Made by a program: the position numbers and the translations under genes | DNA from: an uncultured Gemmatimonadales bacterium | GTDB lineage: Bacteria; Gemmatimonadota; Gemmatimonadetes; Gemmatimonadales; Gemmatimonadaceae | Assembly: GCA_963793305.1 (NCBI GenBank) | Contig: CAWBZV010000003.1 | Span: 800,001-864,000, forward strand | Direction: 5' to 3' | Length of the DNA stretch: 64,000 nt | Shown: piece after piece, positions 57,694-64,000 of the stretch | Layout: each line of letters opens with the position of its first letter | How positions within the stretch are numbered: the stretch's first letter is position 1 | The notes under the pieces: model-generated | The model's database searches: none | Told to the model about the DNA's origin: nothing | The model's input: the letters and a program-made list of their open reading frames with translations, nothing else

Positions 57694-58574
57694 CTCCGCG
57701 CAACGAGACGGATCAGGAGCGGGCTTTCACTCGTGTCCTGTGGTTCCTCCGCGAGTACTTGCCGGACCTCGTGATCATCGGCGGATGGGTGCCCTATATC
57801 TACAAGAATTACAGTGGAGATCCTTGGATTGGGCGTCAGTCGCGCACGAACGAAGTCGACGTCCTAGCGATGCCCCCGCTTCCAGTGCGACAGGGTGTAC
57901 CACTCGATGAGATCCTACGCGAAGCGGGGCTCGCCCCGCAACGAGACACAGGACCTTCCGCCGTCTGGTCAGCGATCGGCGACACTGGCGAGGAAATCGA
58001 GTTTCTGACGCCACTTGCCGGCACGGCCACCGAGTTCGGTTCCACCGTGAGCTTGCTTGGACATGGCCGAATCGGGGCGATCCGATTGACAGGTCTCGAG
58101 CTCCTCGGTCGCCACACGAACACGATGCGCGTGCCGCTCGGAGACATCGGCGGGCGAATGCAAGAGGTCACCGTACGGGTGCCTCTCCTGGGCGCTTATC
58201 TGGTGAACAAGGGCGCGACGTTCCTTGCCCGGCGGCCGCACTCCAGTGGACCCAATCCGAAGCAGGCGAAAGATCTCGTCTACGTGCACAACGTCATGGC
58301 CGCGAGCGACGTCGTCAGAAAGCGCGTCGAGACTGATATCCAGCGCTTGTGGCAGCAGAGCAAGAAGGCGAGCATCGAGCGCCAGGCGATTCGCACGGCG
58401 AGCAACAACCTGTCATTGGCACTCGGCGGAACCCTGGGGGTCGTCACCTCGGCGGCCGAGGAGCTCGGAACGCGCGACGGCTTGACGCGGGTTGACGCAT
58501 CGGCGCGCATTCGCGGACAACTGGGCGACTTCATGGCCCTGCTAAAACAGACCCAGACCAGCACTCCACGTTAG
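57690..58574 (+). CDS. Nucleotidyltransferase-fold protein, AbiEii-like type IV toxin
   Basis: LVIIGGWVPY, RTNEVDV, IEFLTP, KQAKDLVY; ATGA overlap with the antitoxin. Confidence 0.75.
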   Translation: MTPRNETDQERAFTRVLWFLREYLPDLVIIGGWVPYIYKNYSGDPWIGRQSRTNEVDVLAMPPLPVRQGVPLDEILREAGLAPQRDTGPSAVWSAIGDTGEEIEFLTPLAGTATEFGSTVSLLGHGRIGAIRLTGLELLGRHTNTMRVPLGDIGGRMQEVTVRVPLLGAYLVNKGATFLARRPHSSGPNPKQAKDLVYVHNVMAASDVVRKRVETDIQRLWQQSKKASIERQAIRTASNNLSLALGGTLGVVTSAAEELGTRDGLTRVDASARIRGQLGDFMALLKQTQTSTPR

Positions 58575-58649
58575 AGCGGCGGGTTCCACCGCGACGCCAC
58601 TGTTCCACTTGGATGGAACAGTAGGCGTGGCTGCGGTTTGTCCAAGCTG

Positions 58650-60572
58650 CTATTGCACCGTCCCAAGTAGATACTGCTGTACGAACGCCACCATCGCGTA
58701 CTGCTGGTAATCCTGGTTCTTCTTCTTCGCGAACCCGTGCCCTTCGTCGAGGCCGACGAGATACCAGACCGGCGTGCCGTGCTGGCGAACCGCGCTGACG
58801 ATCTGGTCGGCCTCGGACTTGGGCACGCGCGGGTCGTTGGCGCCGGAGACGACGAAGAGGGGCTTCGTGATCTTGTCGGCGTGGTTGAGTGGCGCCATCG
58901 ACTCCATGAAGGCGCGGACCGTCGAGTCGCGCTCGTCGCCGTACTCGACGCGGCGCAGATCGCGACGGTAGCTCTCGGTGTGCTCGAGGAACGTCGCGAG
59001 GTTGGACATGCCGACAACGTCGAGGGCGCAGGTGATCTTGTCGGCGTACAATGTCGCCGTCACGAGGGTCATGTGCCCGCCGTAGCTGCCGCCGGTGACC
59101 ATGACGCGATTCGCGTCGAGATCGGGCTGCGTGGCGATCCAGTCGAAGAGCGTGCCGATGTCGTGGTAGGCGTCGACGCGTTTGACGCCGTTGTCGGCCG
59201 CGACGAAGGTCTTGCCGTACCCGGTCGAGCCCCGGACGTTCGGGAAGATGATCGCCACGCCCTGCTGGTCAATGAAATAATTCAACCGGCCCAGGAATCC
59301 TGGCCGTGACTGTCCCTCGGGGCCGCCGTGGATGTCGATGATGACCGGACGCTTGCCCGTGAACTTGGCGGCGGGTTGATATAAGAATCCGGAGAGCGTG
59401 AGTCCGTCCGTGCCTTTCCAGTGGACCAGCTTCGGCTCGACGAACGTCTTGGGATCGATCCCGCCGGTCTCGCTCTCGGTCCAGCGGTCGACGTTCCCGG
59501 TCTCGACGTTGAGCGAGTAGACGTCCTGCGGCGATCGCGCCGAGCTGACCACGAAGCCCAGGTCGCGGTTGTTGCGGTGCCAACGCAGTCCGCCGATGAC
59601 GCCGACGGGCAAGTTGGCCGAGTGGCGGATGGCGCCGGTTTTCGGATCCATCAAGTGCACGACGCTGATGCCATCCTCGTTCGTCACGTAGGCCAGCGTC
59701 TTCCCATCCCAGGAGAGCGCGAAATCCTCGACATCCCACTTGGGCTCACGGCTCACGACGTGCGCGACCCCGGTCGCGACGTCGATCGCGATCAGGCGGG
59801 CGAACTCGGCGCCCTCGTCGCTCGTCGCGTAGACGAGCTTCCCGTCCGGGCTGAACTGCCCGCCGCCGTAGGCGACCACGCCCGGCGGCGTTAGCCGGCG
59901 CTTCGAGCCCGTGGCAACGTCGACGAGCCAGAGTGCGCTCTCGTTCACCGAGTGGTAGTCGGAGACGAGGAGCGATTTGTTGTCGGGCGACCAGTCGAGC
60001 GGCGCCCATCCGCCGCCCTGCACCTCGAGCACCTTGCGATCACTCGACGGGTTGGCCGGATCCATGGTGTAGATGTCGGTGTCGGTCCCGTTGCGCCGTG
60101 TCGAGCGGTAGGCGATGCGCGTGCCGTCGGTCGACCACGGCCCGACGTCGTTCTTGCTCTTGCCATCGGTGAGCAACGTCGCTTCGCCCGTCACCGGGTC
60201 GAACCGGTACAGCTGATTGAACTCGCTGCCGCCGACGTCGCGCTCGAGGACGAGATACGCGCCGGTGGCCGGCTGATAGCTCGCGGCCAGCACGCGATCG
60301 GGGAAGAACGTGAGCTGCCGGCGATCGCCGCCGGGGAACCGCACCACGTGCATCTGCACGACGTCGGCGAAGCGCGTGCCGATCAGGATCTCGCGGCGCG
60401 TCGGGTGCCAATCCTGGAGCGCCGCGCTCCGGAACTCCGTGTAGCGTCCGACCGTCTCGGCCACGCGCGCCGAGATCGGGGGGATGCCGTCGACGACGAG
60501 GTGCTCGTTCGGCACGACATTCTGTGCGCCGAGGGCCACGGGGAGAGCCAGTACGCACCAGCGAGCAAACAC
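58650..60572 (-). CDS. S9 family prolyl oligopeptidase/acylaminoacyl peptidase
   Basis: IHGGPE, GGSYGG, GANDPRV, DEGHGF. Confidence 0.93.
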   Translation of the reverse strand: MFARWCVLALPVALGAQNVVPNEHLVVDGIPPISARVAETVGRYTEFRSAALQDWHPTRREILIGTRFADVVQMHVVRFPGGDRRQLTFFPDRVLAASYQPATGAYLVLERDVGGSEFNQLYRFDPVTGEATLLTDGKSKNDVGPWSTDGTRIAYRSTRRNGTDTDIYTMDPANPSSDRKVLEVQGGGWAPLDWSPDNKSLLVSDYHSVNESALWLVDVATGSKRRLTPPGVVAYGGGQFSPDGKLVYATSDEGAEFARLIAIDVATGVAHVVSREPKWDVEDFALSWDGKTLAYVTNEDGISVVHLMDPKTGAIRHSANLPVGVIGGLRWHRNNRDLGFVVSSARSPQDVYSLNVETGNVDRWTESETGGIDPKTFVEPKLVHWKGTDGLTLSGFLYQPAAKFTGKRPVIIDIHGGPEGQSRPGFLGRLNYFIDQQGVAIIFPNVRGSTGYGKTFVAADNGVKRVDAYHDIGTLFDWIATQPDLDANRVMVTGGSYGGHMTLVTATLYADKITCALDVVGMSNLATFLEHTESYRRDLRRVEYGDERDSTVRAFMESMAPLNHADKITKPLFVVSGANDPRVPKSEADQIVSAVRQHGTPVWYLVGLDEGHGFAKKKNQDYQQYAMVAFVQQYLLGTVQ

Positions 60573-60678
60573 GGGAGAAGCCTCTCGAGGGGAGGCCCGT
60601 AATCTAGCAAGACGCTACGCGCTTGCCCGAATACGGAGTCGGTTGGATACGCTCCGCTCCGCTATGCTGGCGAAATTC

Positions 60679-61305
60679 TCAGGTACCCGTGAGGTGAATG
60701 GCGATCTCGCCGACGTACGGCCGGAGCTCACGGGCGAGACGGTTCGACGAGGAGACTTTCTTGTCGCCCATGACCGACCGGTACGGCTTGTTGTCGAACA
60801 GGTGGAGCGCGTCGAGCCGGATCGCGATCGTGCTATCGCGCGCCAAGACGCCACCGTGCCAGTTGATGACCTGCCCGCCGTAGTCTAAGCCGAAGCCATT
60901 GAACTCGAAGGGCTTGGTGTTGAGCCGCTGCAGATCTTCGACCGTGGTGCCGAGCGTCACGCCCGACATGGTGTGCCACACGGACTGCGATCCGCGGAGC
61001 GTGACGCTCTTCGGATAGCGCAGGTTGACGGTGTCGCCAAAGGCGATCTCGATGCGACGCAGGGAGTCATCGGGGAAGATCACGGCCTCGACCACCCCGG
61101 CGTCCCGTTTGAGGCGCACGTTGGTTTCGCCATAGGAGCGGGCGATATCGGCCAATGTGCACTTGGACGTGATCGCACCGACTCGTGAGCCGGGGATGAT
61201 CACCCAATCGGAGTTGTCGGGTGTCGCTGACGCGAGAGCGGCCAGAACAAGGGCCGCGATGTGCGTGTATGCGGCGCTCATGCTACAGAGACGATCGACT
61301 CGCAA
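60679..61305 (-). CDS. Secreted hypothetical protein
   Basis: Signal-like IAALVLAALASA, globular C-terminal region. Confidence 0.6.
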   Translation of the reverse strand: MRVDRLCSMSAAYTHIAALVLAALASATPDNSDWVIIPGSRVGAITSKCTLADIARSYGETNVRLKRDAGVVEAVIFPDDSLRRIEIAFGDTVNLRYPKSVTLRGSQSVWHTMSGVTLGTTVEDLQRLNTKPFEFNGFGLDYGGQVINWHGGVLARDSTIAIRLDALHLFDNKPYRSVMGDKKVSSSNRLARELRPYVGEIAIHLTGT

Positions 61306-61444
61306 AAGAGTCGCGCGGACTTTCTGTCATCCGCGCGACGCCGCTCCGCGGCGCGTCGATGCAGCGCTTCGCGCTTGCTCGACTGGTCGGTTAGAAGGAG
61401 CTCAGGCTTGCGCCTGAACTCCACCTGTCACGCGTCCTTATGCC

Positions 61445-63034
61445 CTATTTCGAGGCCACGACCTGCTGCGACCGGTGCGTATAGGCTTCGAGCCACCCGG
61501 GGAGGACAGGCGTACCCTCGATGACTGCCCCGGCCAGGAGGCCCGGGTTGAGACCGATCGCCCAGAGGGCAGTTGTGGCCACGGATCTCGTATCTACGGG
61601 CGCGTCGATGTGCGTCTCCGGAACGCCCGGCAGGAACAGAAGAATCGGCAGCTCGACGTCGTAGTCGTGGAACCCGCCGTGGTCCTCGAGCGCCGTCGTG
61701 CCGATCGGATCGTAGATCACGCCAGGCTGCGGCAGCACGATGATGTCGGGCGTGCGGCTGTCCTGGAGAGGGCTCGGAAATCCGGGGAAGCCGGCGTTGC
61801 CCGCGGTCAAGCTGGTGCCCCACAGGATGTGCTGCGCGCCGTTCGTGGCCGCGTTGAGCTGAATCTTGTCGACGGCCGCCGAGGTCAGGTCTTGATTGCT
61901 GAGCCAGAGAAGCCCGATGTCGTCCAGGGTCGAGCCGGCGACGAGATTCGGGGCGACGCTGTCGACCTGCGTCTGGAGCAGTGTGTCGGCGATGATGTGC
62001 TCCGTCGGCGGCAGAATCGGTCCTTGTCCGTGCTTGGCGGTGACGATGATCAACGTCTCATTGGCGACGCCGGTCGCGCGCAGCTGGCCTTCGAACTTGC
62101 CGAGCGTGCTGTCGACGTAGTCGAGCGCTTTGCCGAGCTGCACCGAGGGCGTGTAGTCGGCGTGGTAGTAGCCGTTCACGGTCTCGCCGGTCGAGACGGA
62201 CTGGAAGTCCATGCCGAAGATCGCCGGCACGCCAATGTGCTTCGTGCCGGTGTGATCGAGCCCTTTGCACCAATTCAGCACGTAATTGACTTTCATGCTG
62301 TCGTACGTGATGTCGTCGTTGACATCGTGGGTCGCCGAATTGCCAGACGGCAGCGTGCCCGCGACCTCGAGGTTGGCGAGATCAGTCACGCCTTTGCCGG
62401 ACGGACCTTCGACGATCGTGTACGCGCCGATGTGCTTGTCCGACCACGCGGTCACGTAGCCCGCCTCGTGCGCGACCTCGAAGATGTTGTTCACGCGCAC
62501 GTACTGCCACGGATAGACCGGCGTGCAGCCGTTATTGGGATCGCGCGGCAACGCGGCCGTGTTGATGCCACCGCCGCCATCGAGGCGCGTGGAGTTGATG
62601 TCGATCGACTCGTCGAACGTGACGGTGGTGCCGACTGTAGAGCAGTTCGAGCCCGGTGGCGAGAGCTGCCGATCGTAGCTGACATCGTACCACACGCCGG
62701 TCGTCGCGGCCGACGCGCCGCTGATGAGCTGCTGGAGCCCGGGGAACGAGTCCGAGGGTTTCGAGCCGGTGACGTTGCTGTACGTGACGCCGCTCTTCTC
62801 CCATTTGGCGAGCACGGAGTTCGGATGCGTGGCGACGTAGTGCGTGAGATCGCCGTTGTGCATCCCATCGACCGAGATCAGGAGCACGTGCTTGATCACG
62901 TGCAGGCCGCCGGTCCCGGATGCGTCCGCGACCGATTCAGATGCGCTTGGCGCGAGCGGCTTGCTCGAATCGCACGCAGCGAGCCCTACGCCGGCCATGA
63001 GCGCGAGTCCCGCGTAGATGACTTTTAGTTGCAC
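61445..63034 (-). CDS. Alkaline phosphatase superfamily lipoprotein (phosphodiesterase/nucleotide pyrophosphatase type)
   Basis: Lipobox LAAC, LLISVDGMH, PSDSFPG, VTAKHGQ, DHGG. Confidence 0.88.
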   Translation of the reverse strand: MQLKVIYAGLALMAGVGLAACDSSKPLAPSASESVADASGTGGLHVIKHVLLISVDGMHNGDLTHYVATHPNSVLAKWEKSGVTYSNVTGSKPSDSFPGLQQLISGASAATTGVWYDVSYDRQLSPPGSNCSTVGTTVTFDESIDINSTRLDGGGGINTAALPRDPNNGCTPVYPWQYVRVNNIFEVAHEAGYVTAWSDKHIGAYTIVEGPSGKGVTDLANLEVAGTLPSGNSATHDVNDDITYDSMKVNYVLNWCKGLDHTGTKHIGVPAIFGMDFQSVSTGETVNGYYHADYTPSVQLGKALDYVDSTLGKFEGQLRATGVANETLIIVTAKHGQGPILPPTEHIIADTLLQTQVDSVAPNLVAGSTLDDIGLLWLSNQDLTSAAVDKIQLNAATNGAQHILWGTSLTAGNAGFPGFPSPLQDSRTPDIIVLPQPGVIYDPIGTTALEDHGGFHDYDVELPILLFLPGVPETHIDAPVDTRSVATTALWAIGLNPGLLAGAVIEGTPVLPGWLEAYTHRSQQVVASK

Positions 63035-63150
63035 CCTTCCCCCCAGTATGAGTGGAGCCCAGGGTACTGGGATGGCGTGTCACTCTATTGACGCGGGGTT
63101 ACCGAGTGAGTCCCACAGCCGTAACACCAAGCGCTGCCGTGGTATAGGGC

Positions 63151-63360
63151 ATGCGAATTGCGGCCCGGTCTGGCATGATGACCGACAAAGAGTCACGGTC
63201 CCGGGAGCCGGTGGTTCCGACGGTTGATCCGAAGGAGAAAACGAAAGCTGATCAGAAGAAGGCCAAGCGGCGCGAGCTGGGCGGTGATGCGGATCGGGGG
63301 CTCGATACTGGGGAGTTCGAGCCGTTCGACGACAAACGGGCGCCGGACTCAGGTACGTAG
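63151..63360 (+). CDS. Possible small hypothetical protein
   Basis: Short charged ORF in an intergenic gap. Confidence 0.3.
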   Translation: MRIAARSGMMTDKESRSREPVVPTVDPKEKTKADQKKAKRRELGGDADRGLDTGEFEPFDDKRAPDSGT

Positions 63361-63999
63361 TGCGTGGTGGACCGCGATCCCGCCGTACAGGTGGGAATAG
63401 ACTCGCTCCACGGCGAAACCGGCCTCGGCGAGCGCGGCGTTGAACTCCGGGATCGAGACGAAGTGGTCGACTGATCGGGCGATGTAACCGTAGACGACTG
63501 GCTCTCTATGCCAGAGCCAGCCCACGGTATTGCCCGCGGCGCTCAAATAAGCCAGGAAAACCTGGCGCCACACGACGTTCGTGGGGCGATAGAAGTCGAG
63601 CGTCAGCAATCTCCCGCCGCGTCGTAGCACTCGCGCGATCTCTCGCAGTCCTCGGCGAAAATCCGGCACGTTGCGGAGCGCGTAGCCGGCGGTGACGATA
63701 TCGACCGATGCATCGCTCACATCGAGCGCGGTCATGTCGCCGACCACGAACGAGGGGGACAGCGGCCCGTGTGATCGCTGCGTCGCCGCTTCGATCATTC
63801 GGGGGGATGCGTCCAGGCCGGTGACCTGAGCGCCTTTCGCGGCGAGCGCAAACGTGAGATCGCCCGTCCCACAGGCGAGATCGAGTGCGCGCGTATTCGG
63901 GCCCACATGCGACTCGAGCTCGCTCAGCAGCTGGGATTTCCAGTGCCGATCGAGCCCGAACGAAAACAGTCGCGTGAACTCATCATATCGTGACGCGAT
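63349..63999 (-). CDS. UbiE/MenG family methyltransferase, 5'-truncated by window edge
   Basis: IASRYDEFTRLFSFGLDRHWK, LDLACGTGD, GYALRNVPD, EIARVLRRGG. Confidence 0.9.
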   Translation of the reverse strand: MASRYDEFTRLFSFGLDRHWKSQLLSELESHVGPNTRALDLACGTGDLTFALAAKGAQVTGLDASPRMIEAATQRSHGPLSPSFVVGDMTALDVSDASVDIVTAGYALRNVPDFRRGLREIARVLRRGGRLLTLDFYRPTNVVWRQVFLAYLSAAGNTVGWLWHREPVVYGYIARSVDHFVSIPEFNAALAEAGFAVERVYSHLYGGIAVHHALRT

Positions 64000-64000
64000 G

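Noticed and set aside
1..64000. tRNA, rRNA, prophage or integrase genes
   Set aside because: None recognised by eye; a tRNAscan-SE/Infernal run would be needed to exclude small RNAs

Overview
High-GC bacterial window, probably Gemmatimonadota (inferred from gene style, not proven). (1) 1-12 kb is an RHS polymorphic-toxin locus. A sigma-54 activator precedes a signal-peptide RHS protein with an Ntox28-like tip and HEAT-repeat immunity gene, followed by two orphan toxin/immunity modules. The main finding is here: an apparent 3.35 kb IS110-family cargo element (7710-11064) carrying a toxin tip, immunity genes, a structured bridge-RNA-like region and the recombinase. It sits exactly in the GT of the conserved RHS GDP-V-NY codons. 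Tandem hairpins in its non-coding region match the reconstructed empty site (15/15 nt) and a synonymous variant of it, and another RNA domain matches the predicted circle junction. This suggests RNA-guided, in-frame swapping of RHS toxin tips. (2) 12-25 kb holds mixed enzymes and regulators. (3) 25-33 kb is a gas-vesicle-like operon lacking gvpN/gvpC but containing a tandem ArsA/Get3-type ATPase with an 18-bp VNTR linker, plus a PAS kinase. (4) 36.6-48 kb is a kdp K+ uptake cluster with split KdpD, an extra small peptide, two porins and a pseudokinase. (5) 48-64 kb holds secreted/lipoproteins, a type IV (AbiE-like) TA pair, peptidases and a partial methyltransferase. Six single-base frameshifts look like sequencing indels. 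All family assignments come from motif recognition, with no database searches.
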